A stretch of DNA of 64,000 bases from contig CAZIXA010000008.1 in NCBI GenBank assembly GCA_964543295.1, positions 4,764 through 68,763 on the forward strand, in the 5' to 3' direction. The DNA comes from an uncultured Clostridia bacterium. GTDB lineage: Bacteria; Aerophobota; Aerophobia; Aerophobales; AE-B3A. A program made the position numbers and the translations under genes. Below, one piece after another: positions 1-9,437 of this stretch. Each line of letters begins with the position of its first letter. Within the stretch, counting starts at the first letter, position 1. The notes beneath the pieces are model-generated. The model was not told where the DNA came from, did not search any database, and saw only the letters and a program-made list of their open reading frames with translations.

Positions 1-1786
1 TCCTGCTGCCTACTAAAACCTCTTTCCCGCTAAGCTTAGCCCTTACTCCCCTGCCGGCTACTGCCTCAAATCCTTTAGGCTCAATCAAATTTATTCCCTT
101 TTCTTCTGCTTCTTTTACGATGGCCTGGGCTAGCGGATGCTCAGACTGCATCTCTACGCTGGCTGCCAGACGGAGAACCTCCTCAGCCTTAAATCCCTTG
201 GCAGGTATGACATCGGTTACCCCCGGCCTTCCCCTAGTAATGGTTCCGGTCTTATCGAAGATGACCGTATGAACATTTTTAAGGGTCTGAATAGCTGCCC
301 CTTCGCGGATAAGGATACCGTTCTCAGCTCCCATCCCGCTTCCCACCATAAGAGCAGTAGGGGTGGCCAGTCCCAGGGCACAGGGACAGGCAATAACTAA
401 TACCGCTACCGTGGCAAAGATAGCCAGGGTAAACACTCCCAGAGTGGGATTAACCCAGGGAAGAAAAGATCCGGCCCAGAGGCTCACCACTTTTAAAGTG
501 TCGGGAAAGATAAGCCAGAAAACAAAGGTGAGAGCTGCCACTATCAATATGGTAGGGACAAACCAGCTTGTTACTCTGTCAGTAAACTCCTGAATAGGGA
601 CCTTGGATCCCTGGCACTCCTCAACCATCTTAACTACCTGAGATAAGAAGGTATCCTTTCCTATTTTGGTTGCCTTCACCTTTAAGAAGCCCTGCTGGTT
701 TACTGTAGCTCCAATAGCCTCATCCCCCTTCTTTTTTCCTACCGGCATAGATTCACCGGTGGCCATAGATTCATCAACAGCGCTCTCACCTCCTATTATC
801 TCTCCATCGGTGGGGATCTTCTCTCCGGGACGCACTATCATTACATCGTCCACCTTGACCTCATCAATAGGAATCTCTTTTTCCTTGCCGTCGAGGAGAA
901 TGCGAGCAGTCTTGGCCCCTAATTCCAGGAGCTTCTTAATAGCTTGCGATGCTCTTCCCTTAGCCATGGTTTCTATATATCTTCCCATCAAGTGGAAGGC
1001 AAAGATCATGGCCGCTACCCCGGCATAGTTGGCTATAGGAAAAGAAAGGGTAGCAAAACCGGTGGCATAGGATGCCGTGGTGCCCATGGCGATAAGAACA
1101 TCCATGTTCGCGCTTTTGTGGGAGATAGACATCGCCGCAGAACGCAGGGTTGCCCAACCTACCCAGAACATAACCGGCGTGGCTAAAATGATCATTCCCA
1201 GATCAAAAATTAACCTGGAGGGCCAGGCTTTACTCATAATCATCTCCGGGATCATCCAGGCAATGATGGGAACGGTAAAACCCCAAGTCCAGAGCATTCG
1301 TCTTCTGGCCTCAACTATCTTTCTCTCCTCCTCGTCTACCTCTTCCTCTTTTATCTCTTCCCGATCCATTACTTGATAACCGGTTTGCTCTATCACTTGT
1401 TTAATCTTTTCTGGAGTAACCCGGCTGGGATCATAAGAGAGAGCCGCTTTCTCCGAGGCAAAATTAACATGAGCTTCCCGTACTCCCTCGATTTTTCTTA
1501 AGGCTTTCTCGATAGTCTGAGCGCACGAAGCACAGCTCATTCCTCCAATCCTTAGTGTGAGCTTCTCGGTTTTCTCAACCACATCGTAACCCACCTCTCT
1601 TATTGCCGCAATCAAATCCTTGTTACTGATTATTCGGGGATCAAAGTCGACATAGGCTTTCTCCAGGGTAAAGTTGACATTGGCGGCGTGAACACCTTTC
1701 TTTTTCTTTAGGTTTTTCTCAATAGTCTGGGCACAAGAACTGCAGCTCATACCCTTGATTGGTAAATTAGCTTTCTTACTGGTCAT
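1..1786 (-). CDS. copA: Cu(I)-translocating P1B-type ATPase (CopA-like), 5' part of gene; runs off window start
   Basis: Minus-strand translation shows two N-terminal HMA domains ([20 protein letters not shown]), CPC transmembrane motif ([12 protein letters not shown]), DKTGT phosphorylation motif; SD caGGAGGtttt upstream of ATG at 1786. Confidence 0.8.
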   Translation of the reverse strand, partial: MTSKKANLPIKGMSCSSCAQTIEKNLKKKKGVHAANVNFTLEKAYVDFDPRIISNKDLIAAIREVGYDVVEKTEKLTLRIGGMSCASCAQTIEKALRKIEGVREAHVNFASEKAALSYDPSRVTPEKIKQVIEQTGYQVMDREEIKEEEVDEEERKIVEARRRMLWTWGFTVPIIAWMIPEMIMSKAWPSRLIFDLGMIILATPVMFWVGWATLRSAAMSISHKSANMDVLIAMGTTASYATGFATLSFPIANYAGVAAMIFAFHLMGRYIETMAKGRASQAIKKLLELGAKTARILLDGKEKEIPIDEVKVDDVMIVRPGEKIPTDGEIIGGESAVDESMATGESMPVGKKKGDEAIGATVNQQGFLKVKATKIGKDTFLSQVVKMVEECQGSKVPIQEFTDRVTSWFVPTILIVAALTFVFWLIFPDTLKVVSLWAGSFLPWVNPTLGVFTLAIFATVAVLVIACPCALGLATPTALMVGSGMGAENGILIREGAAIQTLKNVHTVIFDKTGTITRGRPGVTDVIPAKGFKAEEVLRLAASVEMQSEHPLAQAIVKEAEEKGINLIEPKGFEAVAGRGVRAKLSGKEVLVGSR

Positions 1787-1810
1787 TCTAAAACCTCCTG
1801 ATCAAATTCG

Positions 1811-2080
1811 TCATCTAATGAATTTGTAGATCGTCTCCATTAGTTCTCCAATGATGGGACCGTCTCCGTTGGATTTGATGGCATCAGTTACACAGCTTTC
1901 AATATGGCGCTTCATAACGCGGAGACCTACCTGATCCAGAGCCCTCTGAGCTGCGGTAACCTGATTGATTATGTCAATGCAGTACCTTTCTTTTTCCACC
2001 ATCCTCTGGATTCCTCTAATCTGTCCCTCAATTTTTCTCAATCGAGATAGAACATTCTTTTTTGTTTCCTCGTTAATCAT
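1811..2080 (-). CDS. csoR: CsoR/RcnR-family metal-sensing transcriptional repressor
   Basis: 89 aa; conserved C..H..C metal-ligand pattern (YCIDIINQ...HIESC); immediately upstream of copA on same strand; SD aagggggtg. Confidence 0.7.
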   Translation of the reverse strand: MINEETKKNVLSRLRKIEGQIRGIQRMVEKERYCIDIINQVTAAQRALDQVGLRVMKRHIESCVTDAIKSNGDGPIIGELMETIYKFIR

Positions 2081-2127
2081 AGGGTTACACCCCCTTCATC
2101 TTAATCTCCTTAATTTGGTTTATACTG

Positions 2128-2144
2128 TTACCCTGTAATGGTAT
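2128..2144. promoter_or_regulatory. candidate CsoR operator (TACC-N7-GGTA pseudo-palindrome) in csoR-copA promoter region
   Basis: ttaccctgtaatggtat inverted repeat ~60 bp upstream of csoR start; CsoR operators are GC-tract pseudo-palindromes. Confidence 0.25.
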
Positions 2145-2420
2145 ATGTATTATAATCATATTTTATGAAGTGTCAAGGGAGGTCTTACTCAGAATGCAAA
2201 TGAAAGATACTTGTTACATCATGAGGATGGGAGAATGCGATTATTTGACATAACACTAAATCATTGCTATGCTCTGCCTCTCTTGTAGAAAGAAAGACCA
2301 AAGATAAGGATAGAGATGATCCAGGACTGGTTAAGAGAGGGAAAAATCTTTTGATTAGTTGACCTTGGGGTCGATTCTTATTCCTGTAGCGACTCTTAGC
2401 TATATTGTTAGTGGCTCGGG

Positions 2421-2451
2421 GGGACAGACGATGTTGATAACAATTTTAAAT
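2421..2451. repeat. R-family repeat copy R1 (ggctcggggggacagacgatgttgataacaa)
   Basis: shares ..ggacgatgttgataacaa core with R2; upstream of MFS gene. Confidence 0.5.
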
Positions 2452-2608
2452 ATTCGCTTAAGACTTTCCAAAAATCAGGAATCAAAACACCTGCCCTTAT
2501 TTGGCCAGAGCGTCCGACTTTTTTGTTCCTTAGCTGGAGGGGTAATAATTTACAGAAGCGGCCATTTTTATATAATCTGTAAAAAACTATTTTTGGAGCA
2601 CTGCGGAA

Positions 2609-3790
2609 ATGGGGCAGTTCATAAAGATACACACCTTGGTGGTTTTATCATTCACTCATTTTGTCAATGATTTTTACTCTCTTTTGTTACCCATTTTTAT
2701 TCCTGTTCTGGTTCTCCAGCTTGGCATAGACTACTTTGAGGCTGGTATTTTGGTCGCCTCCGTGGCTATAATTGGTGCCATACTGCAGTCTCCAGTTGGA
2801 TACTGGGCGGATCGCTGCCGGAAAAGGGTTACTTTTATAGCTACGGGTTTTATCTTTTATGCTCTAGGAGCGATTATCCTTGGTTTAAGTAACGGATTCA
2901 GCCTTCTTCTCCTTTCCTCTTTTTTTATAGGACTTGCCACAACGACTTATCACCCTCAGAGCACCAATCTCATCACCAAAGAGTTTGCCAGGAGAGGTCA
3001 GGCTCTGGGTATTCATGGAGTGGGGGGTCAGCTTGGCAGATTCATCTCTCCTATTCTTATTGCCTGGCTTATCTCCAGATTGAAGTGGAGATTGGCAGCA
3101 ATAGTTCTTATCCTACCCGCATTTGCAGCTCTTATTTTGTGTTGGTCAACTCTGAGAGAACCCACGCAAAGAGGAGAAAAAGGTCTTGCTGGAACAATAA
3201 CCCTACCCATCTTTCTTTTAGTCTTAATTCTTGGCTTGAGGGGGGCGGTATTCCAGGGAATTATCTCTTTCTTACCTTCTTTTCTTATGGAGAAAGGTTC
3301 GCCTATTAGCATAGCAGGACTGCTTACAGGGATAATGCTGGGAATAGGTTTGATTGCTCAGCCTCTGGGTGGCATCATGGGGGATAGAGTTTCCAAAGGA
3401 AAGATAATCTTTTTAAGTCTTGTGGGGCTAACTATATTTTTTTTCTTTTTCCACTTTACAGTGGCATCAGTCGCAGGAGAATCCGCATTGAATTATGAAA
3501 TACTCATTGCTCTTCTTGTTGGAATAGGTTTTTGTATTTTTGTCACCTTTCCTGTGGGGCTTGCCCTCTCTGCTGAACTAACCCGCGGTGAAAGAGTGGG
3601 AACTTCAGTAGGACTTGTTTTTGGTGGGGGAATGGTATTATCAGCTCTTACCTTACCCGGGGTCGGTTACCTTATCGACAATTATGGATTTCAGACTGGA
3701 TTTACCCTTCTGGGGATTTTAGCGGCAGTAGCGACGCTGATTAGCGGGCTCTATATTAGGTTGGACTTGAAATGGCGTCAACAAGGGTAA
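2609..3790 (+). CDS. MFS-family transporter
   Basis: 393 aa, ~12 predicted TM helices, MFS-like loop motif GYWADRCRKR between TM2/3. Confidence 0.7.
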   Translation: MGQFIKIHTLVVLSFTHFVNDFYSLLLPIFIPVLVLQLGIDYFEAGILVASVAIIGAILQSPVGYWADRCRKRVTFIATGFIFYALGAIILGLSNGFSLLLLSSFFIGLATTTYHPQSTNLITKEFARRGQALGIHGVGGQLGRFISPILIAWLISRLKWRLAAIVLILPAFAALILCWSTLREPTQRGEKGLAGTITLPIFLLVLILGLRGAVFQGIISFLPSFLMEKGSPISIAGLLTGIMLGIGLIAQPLGGIMGDRVSKGKIIFLSLVGLTIFFFFFHFTVASVAGESALNYEILIALLVGIGFCIFVTFPVGLALSAELTRGERVGTSVGLVFGGGMVLSALTLPGVGYLIDNYGFQTGFTLLGILAAVATLISGLYIRLDLKWRQQG

Positions 3791-3862
3791 AAAAGATTTT
3801 GAAGCACAGGAAAATCTCAATCCAGACCTTTCGGTTGGGCTGGCTGGGCATAAAATAAAAAA

Positions 3863-3894
3863 GAGAATCTCTGTCAGGAATGACAGAGATTCTC
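3863..3894 (+). terminator. perfect 14-bp stem/GGAA-loop hairpin downstream of MFS gene
   Basis: gagaatctctgtca-ggaa-tgacagagattctc followed by agtttgaattattc; sits immediately before repeat R2. Confidence 0.45.
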
Positions 3895-3912
3895 AGTTTG
3901 AATTATTCAGAA

Positions 3913-3945
3913 TGGCTCCCCTGGCAGGACGATGTTGATAACAAG
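3913..3945. repeat. R-family repeat copy R2 (ggctcccctggcaggacgatgttgataacaa)
   Basis: near-identical to R3 and similar to R1/R4/R5; bounds the BrnTA cassette on the left. Confidence 0.6.
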
Positions 3946-4263
3946 AAATCCTTGCCAAGTGCAAAGGAGCAGAAATGCAAAAAGACACAGATTTTGACAG
4001 GTCCTCTAAATGTTCATAGAATATGAACCATAAGTTTATAAGTTGGTGGAAATAAAAGTGTTTTCCAGAACCAATTTATCGTAATTGGGAAGGCTATCCT
4101 TTTGTGGTTCTCGATAAGTTGGGAGGGGGAAGATAAGCGAATCTTGGAAGATACAGAATTATGGATAAGAAAGGGGAAAAAAGAAAGATTTTAGAAAGTG
4201 TAAGAAGAATAGGGTATGAGACGCAGATGGCATTATTATGAAGGCGAGAAATATAGATTTCAC

Positions 4264-4542
4264 TTATGCCCCTGTTTTGAGTTCCTCTTTTACCTTTTCG
4301 GCAAGATAGACTTTCATTAGAGACTGGTAGGGGATGTCTTTTTGATGAGCGATGTTCCTCAGTTGTTCAAATAGTCTTTCCGGTAGCCTAATTGAGATGT
4401 GTCTGGAAGAAGGATGCAGGTTGGGAAAATATGCTCTTTCTGCTTTTGACCAGTCAATATATTCAGTAGAATCATGGGTGCTCCAAAATTTACGTTCCTC
4501 ATCCTCGTTTTTAAATTTTGGTACCTTTTTTGATTTTTTCAT
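4264..4542 (-). CDS. brnA: BrnA-family antitoxin (CopG/RHH-like)
   Basis: 92 aa; BrnA-like motif STHDSTEYIDWSKA; overlaps upstream toxin gene. Confidence 0.6.
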   Translation of the reverse strand: MKKSKKVPKFKNEDEERKFWSTHDSTEYIDWSKAERAYFPNLHPSSRHISIRLPERLFEQLRNIAHQKDIPYQSLMKVYLAEKVKEELKTGA

Positions 4543-4825
4543 GGTATATCTTCCTTTCTTTTTTATTCATATCCCGCGCAGAAATAACCCTTATCCTTCC
4601 TCTTCGGATAATAAAAACAACAAAGAGAAAACGACCTTCGTTTGTTACACCTAAAGCAGAAATACGTTCTTCTTGAGGGAGTCCTCTCTTTTCTACTTTT
4701 GTTGTTATTGGTTCGTTAAAGAAAACTTCTTCGCATTCAAGATGGTGGACCCTGTGTTTATCCCAGTTTTTGTTTATATTACCTTCGTCCCACTCAAAAC
4801 TCTTAGATTCAGGAAAGGATTTCAT
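4511..4825 (-). CDS. brnT: BrnT-family ribonuclease toxin
   Basis: 104 aa; FEWDEGNINKNWDKHRV N-terminal signature of BrnT/UPF0125 toxins. Confidence 0.6.
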   Translation of the reverse strand: MKSFPESKSFEWDEGNINKNWDKHRVHHLECEEVFFNEPITTKVEKRGLPQEERISALGVTNEGRFLFVVFIIRRGRIRVISARDMNKKERKIYHEKIKKGTKI

Positions 4826-5133
4826 TCTCGTATATTTATATTATATACATTTTATGATTTGTCAAGACGCGTTAAGTCATACACAGACAAGGAGAAAAGA
4901 ATGCAATATTTTTGAAAACTATATTATATACTTTTGCCAAAGAGTAAAACTATCGCTTGGAGTAAAAAAATGATGGAATATCCAAACATTAGCAAAAAGG
5001 GAAATAATGATTCATTGCCCCAGAAATTAGCTGAAATATTACCAGATCTAAAAATTGAGAAGATGGAATTAGCCGATAGTAACAGCACTGTGGGAGGTTG
5101 GTATAAAGATTAAGGTTGGTCATTCTTCAATCT

Positions 5134-5162
5134 GGCTCCCCTGGCAGGACGTTGTTAGAACT
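5134..5162. repeat. R-family repeat copy R3 (ggctcccctggcaggacgttgttagaac)
   Basis: direct repeat of R2 on the other side of brnTA. Confidence 0.6.
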
Positions 5163-5764
5163 TTTTTGGAGGATCTAGAAGAAAAAATGGAGATTCCAAT
5201 CTTTGATATCCCACTCCGATGCGTGTGAAGACAACCTTAGGCCAAATCTCAGCACTTGTTAATCGGGGTCGGGGTCACATGATGGACAGAGATTCTTTCG
5301 AGTACTTTCCTAGCGGAGTCTGAGGGAATCCATGGTGGGATTGCGCTGATGTGGCCAGTGCAGTGATCCGGTGGTATGGAAATGCTCTTAAAAGAAGTAT
5401 TTCAGACACTGGCTCCCCGAGACCATCATAATACGAACCTACACGAAGTCATCATAAAAGGTCCCATAGTCAATCTATCCACGAATAAAGAAATCAAACA
5501 CTATTGTAGGAAGTTTAGTCATAAATTAGCCACAAAACTCTGCGGTTCTACTTAACTATAAGGATCTGTATTAGCAAGAAGCAACCTGTCTCCATTTCCC
5601 CCTTTTCAATTCAAGGTCATGTCCAAAATAGAGTTCATGCCCTCCTTCAATCATTACTATATCGTAAGTGAACTTTCCAATGGTTGACATTATTATTAGA
5701 AAAACTAATAATTACAATCGGGATTTTTATTTGACTTTGAGAGAATCGAAAGGAAAAGTGAACG

Positions 5765-7603
5765 ATGGTTTTAACACTTCGCAAAAAGATTCTCATTGGC
5801 TATGGAATAGCTTTGGCTTTGATGATCATCGTCGTAGTATGGGCGTTGGTCAATCTCCTCACCCTGGGGCAGGCTAGCGACGCTATTCTTGAGGAAAATT
5901 ACAGGAGTATTCTTGCCGCCGAGAATATGGTTGACGCCATTGAGCGACAGGATAGCGCAATACTTTTGGTAATGCTTAACTACGGAGATGAGGGGTTGAG
6001 ACAGTTCCGGGAAAATGAGAGCCAGTTTTTACAGTGGCTTGCCCGGGCAAAAGATAATATTACGATTGAAGGAGAAGATAAGGTCATCGGCGCCATTGAT
6101 TTAGGATACTCATCGTATTTGGTTAACTTCTCCAGACTGAGAGAGCTTTATCGAACTGATCCACAAAAGACAGCTGCATTTTATCACGAGAGCGTGCTTC
6201 CCTCATTTAAGTCAGTGCGTGATACATGTATACGCTTGCGTGAAATTAATCAGGAGACCATGTTTAAAACCAATGTCCATGCGCAGCAGGTTGCTCGAAA
6301 GGCTATTTGGTCCATGGTTATGCTGAGTGTTATCACCGTCGGGGTAGGGTTGGGATTTAGCCTGCTGCTGTCAAATCTTCTTGTAAGGCCACTTCGACAA
6401 ATAATGGAAGCAATAAAAAAGCTCGCCGAAGGTATCTATGACGTGAAAGTTCCGACTACCTCTTCCGATGAACTTGGACGTCTTGGTAGCGAGTTTAACA
6501 CCATGGCCAGAAAACTCAAGATATACCACGATTTAGATATAACACGGATCATAGCGGAAAAGCAGAAGAGTGAGGCTCTCATCCGAAAAATTGACGATGG
6601 CATTATAGTTGTGGATGGGGAGCTAAGAATTACTAACATAAATCAAACAGCAGCTAAAATTTTTGATGTTGAACCTGATAATGTGCAGGGTAGACATTTC
6701 TTAGAAGTAATTAGGAATGAAGAGCTATTCAATTATATAAAGAATGCGGCTGAATCAGGAAAATCTCCTACAATTGGGGAAGGCAAGAATATCTTGACAA
6801 TGCAACACGATGAAACAATGTATCATTTTATGTTTTCAATTACACTTGTTTATACTAAACCTGAAGGTACGTTGGGAGTAGTTCTACTTTTGCGTGACGT
6901 AACCAGGTTAAAAGAGCTTGACCGTCTAAAAAGTGAGTTTGTTATGAGGGCATCTCATGAGTTGCGAACTCCCATGACGAGTATAGGTATGAGCATTGAT
7001 CTTCTTCGGGAAAGTGCTACAAAAAAACTAAACGAGAAGGAACAGCAACTGCTTTCGGCTGCTTATGAGGAGTCAAAGCGACTCAAAGTCCTTGTTAACG
7101 ATTTATTAGAACTTTCCAAAATTGAAGCAGGCAAAATAGACATGGAATTTGGCCGTGTTTCGGTAGGTGCGCTCTTTGAAAAAGCTGTCGCTGTCTTGAA
7201 GGCTCAGGCCGATGAAAAATCAGTCGAGCTTTCTTTTAAACTTGCGGAAACATTACCGAAGGTAAAGGCAGATATCAATAAAATAACCTGGGTGTTAACC
7301 AATCTGGTCTCTAATGCTTTGCGTTATACTGACAGGGGCGGACATATTTGCTTATTCGCTGACTGTGCAGGTTCCCAGGTCCACATTTCGGTGAGCGATG
7401 ACGGAGCTGGTATTCCGTATGAATACCAGTCTAAGATTTTTGATAAGTTTGTCCAGGTCAAAGCTGATAAGGAGGCTGGGAGCAGTGGGCTTGGGCTGGC
7501 TATTTGTAAGGAAATTGTCCATGCCCACGGGGGTACTATTTGGCTGGATTCGACACCCGGTGAAGGAAGTACCTTCACTTTCACGCTCCCGATTGCAGAA
7601 TAG
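5765..7603 (+). CDS. membrane sensor histidine kinase (TM-sensor-TM-HAMP-PAS-HisKA-HATPase_c)
   Basis: 612 aa; HAMP (LVRPLRQIMEAIKKLAEG), H-box FVMRASHELRTPMT, G1/G2 boxes (DDGAGIP, GSSGLGLAI). Confidence 0.8.
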   Translation: MVLTLRKKILIGYGIALALMIIVVVWALVNLLTLGQASDAILEENYRSILAAENMVDAIERQDSAILLVMLNYGDEGLRQFRENESQFLQWLARAKDNITIEGEDKVIGAIDLGYSSYLVNFSRLRELYRTDPQKTAAFYHESVLPSFKSVRDTCIRLREINQETMFKTNVHAQQVARKAIWSMVMLSVITVGVGLGFSLLLSNLLVRPLRQIMEAIKKLAEGIYDVKVPTTSSDELGRLGSEFNTMARKLKIYHDLDITRIIAEKQKSEALIRKIDDGIIVVDGELRITNINQTAAKIFDVEPDNVQGRHFLEVIRNEELFNYIKNAAESGKSPTIGEGKNILTMQHDETMYHFMFSITLVYTKPEGTLGVVLLLRDVTRLKELDRLKSEFVMRASHELRTPMTSIGMSIDLLRESATKKLNEKEQQLLSAAYEESKRLKVLVNDLLELSKIEAGKIDMEFGRVSVGALFEKAVAVLKAQADEKSVELSFKLAETLPKVKADINKITWVLTNLVSNALRYTDRGGHICLFADCAGSQVHISVSDDGAGIPYEYQSKIFDKFVQVKADKEAGSSGLGLAICKEIVHAHGGTIWLDSTPGEGSTFTFTLPIAE

Positions 7604-7623
7604 CCTTTAAAAAGGAGGAGTCT

Positions 7624-8328
7624 ATGATAAAAGGAAAACCGGCGGTTCTTATTGTTGATGATGAGAAAAACATTCGCTTGACTTTATCACAAGCTCTGGA
7701 AACTCTTAGTTTAGAGACAGATACTGCTGTTAATGGAGAAGAGGCCCTTTCCAAACTCAAAGAGAAGGAGTTCGGTTTAATTCTTTTAGACCTCAAAATG
7801 CCAGGGATAGATGGTATGGAAGTGCTTCGTCAGGTTCGCGAGATTCGTCCAGACATCCGAGTTATAATCATTACAGCTCATGGTACAATTGAGTCGGCAG
7901 TGGAGGCTATGAAGCTCGGTGCTGTGGACTTTATCCAGAAGCCATTCGCTCCTAAGGAAATCCGAGAATTGGTATTCCAGGTAATTGACAGGGAGAAAAT
8001 TGACGAGCAGAAAGCAACAGATTACACCTCGCAAATTGAACTTGCTAAAAGGTGCATTGGAAATGGTGATTTTGATGCAGCCGCCGAGCATGTACGTAAG
8101 GCTATTTCCCTCGATCCTTCTCGTCCTGAGGCATTTAACTTTTTAGGAGCTCTTTTAGAGATTAAAGGGAATCGTTCCGAAGCGCAGAAACAGTATCGAG
8201 CAGCACTTTCACTCGATCCTACCTATGAACCTGCAAGTGAGAACCTCTCTCGATCGGCAAGCTGGGAGCTGAAAGGAGGCATAACTTTCGGGGAACTTAA
8301 AAAAAGGAAGGCAAACCAAGAAAATTAA
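7624..8328 (+). CDS. response regulator: receiver domain fused to TPR repeats (no DNA-binding output)
   Basis: REC motifs (VDDE.., LDLKMPG, phospho-Asp context); C-terminal TPR-like AISLDPSRPEAFNFLGALL.../ALSLDPTYEPA; strong SD aaaGGAGGag. Confidence 0.75.
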   Translation: MIKGKPAVLIVDDEKNIRLTLSQALETLSLETDTAVNGEEALSKLKEKEFGLILLDLKMPGIDGMEVLRQVREIRPDIRVIIITAHGTIESAVEAMKLGAVDFIQKPFAPKEIRELVFQVIDREKIDEQKATDYTSQIELAKRCIGNGDFDAAAEHVRKAISLDPSRPEAFNFLGALLEIKGNRSEAQKQYRAALSLDPTYEPASENLSRSASWELKGGITFGELKKRKANQEN

Positions 8329-8778
8329 ATGTTACCTGACAAAAGTTTTTTCGTCATCATCGTGGGTTGCGGCCGTTTAGGTTCATATCTTGCCAATAAG
8401 CTGAGCCGTAGCGGCCATAGTGTAGTAGTTATTGACATTAATGAGTCCGCTTTGGATAAGCTTTCCATTGATTACAGCGGTTTTCGAGTAGAAGGAGATG
8501 CTACAGAATTTGCTGTTCTAAAGCAGGCCAAGACCGATAAAGCAGATTTTGTTATTGCCACCACACGTGAGGACAATTCAAACTTGATGGTCGCTCAGAT
8601 TGCCAAGAAAATCTTCCATGTGCCAAGAGTTATAGCACGAGTATTCGATCCGAAGCGAGAGGAGATTTATCGAGACCTTGGCATTGAGACTGTGTGCCCG
8701 ACATCGATTGCAGGCGATGTATTCATGGAATTACTCCTCAGCTCATCAGATGCTACGGGGAAAGAGCGGCAGCAATGA
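8329..8778 (+). CDS. trkA: TrkA-N (NAD-binding) only K+ transport regulatory subunit
   Basis: 149 aa; Rossmann GxGxxG (IIVGCGRLGSYLA); start abuts RR stop. Confidence 0.65.
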   Translation: MLPDKSFFVIIVGCGRLGSYLANKLSRSGHSVVVIDINESALDKLSIDYSGFRVEGDATEFAVLKQAKTDKADFVIATTREDNSNLMVAQIAKKIFHVPRVIARVFDPKREEIYRDLGIETVCPTSIAGDVFMELLLSSSDATGKERQQ

Positions 8779-9437
8779 ATATCTTAATTGTAGGTGGGGG
8801 AAAGATGGTCTACTTTCTCTGTAGGACGTTTCTCTCCAAAGGCCATGAAGTCACTGTAATAAACCGGGATCAGAATGAGTGCACCTGGCTTGCGAGGCGT
8901 CTGAAGGCTACTATCGTATACGGCGATGGCAGTAATCCCCAAATTCTGGAGGAAGCAGGGGCTAATACTGCTGATGCAATGCTGGCGGTAACTCCTAATG
9001 ATCAGGACAATCTTGTGATTTGTCAATTGGCCGACCAGCGCTTCCATATCCGGCGAACTGTGGCATTGGTCAATGACCCTGATAATGAGGAGATTTTCAG
9101 GCAACTGGAGATCACTGCTATTTCCACGACGCATGTCTTATCAAGTCTGATAGAGCAAAAAGCTAGCTTTGAGGACATTATCAACCTAATTCCTGCTGGT
9201 GAGGGAAAGGTAACTATTACGGAGATTGTACTGAAGGAGACCTCGCCTGTGGCTGGTAGAGCGCTTAGTGATATTGTGTTTCCCGAGAACTCACTCATAG
9301 CGAGCATCCTGCGCGATGATAAGGCAATTGTACCCCGAGGTGACACTGTACTCCAGCCGCGAGATCGTCTTATTGTGATAACATTACCGAAAAACCAGGG
9401 TCAGGTACTTAAGATGCTTACCGGAGATAAAAAGTAG
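8775..9437 (+). CDS. trkA: TrkA/KtrA-like subunit (TrkA-N + TrkA-C)
   Basis: MNILIVGGGKMVYFL Rossmann start at ATG 8775 overlapping previous stop (ATGA); C-terminal TrkA_C-like segment; ORF-track start 8694 is probably too far upstream. Confidence 0.65.
   Translation: MNILIVGGGKMVYFLCRTFLSKGHEVTVINRDQNECTWLARRLKATIVYGDGSNPQILEEAGANTADAMLAVTPNDQDNLVICQLADQRFHIRRTVALVNDPDNEEIFRQLEITAISTTHVLSSLIEQKASFEDIINLIPAGEGKVTITEIVLKETSPVAGRALSDIVFPENSLIASILRDDKAIVPRGDTVLQPRDRLIVITLPKNQGQVLKMLTGDKK

Noticed and set aside
137-1376. Several + strand ORFs (137-400, 363-593, 666-1028, 944-1186, 1077-1376) from the ORF track
   Set aside because: They lie antisense within the clearly recognisable copA gene (HMA domains, CPC, DKTGT on the minus strand). 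Low-complexity translations. Spurious.
5410-5430. Additional R-family copy at actggctccccgagaccatc
   Set aside because: It shares only the 8-nt ggctcccc and lacks the ggacgatg core. Probably chance.
8694-9437. ORF-track start for second trkA at 8694 (MPDIDCRR...)
   Set aside because: A Rossmann-fold start MNILIVGGG at ATG 8775, coupled to the previous stop by ATGA, is far more plausible. The upstream extension overlaps the first trkA in another frame.
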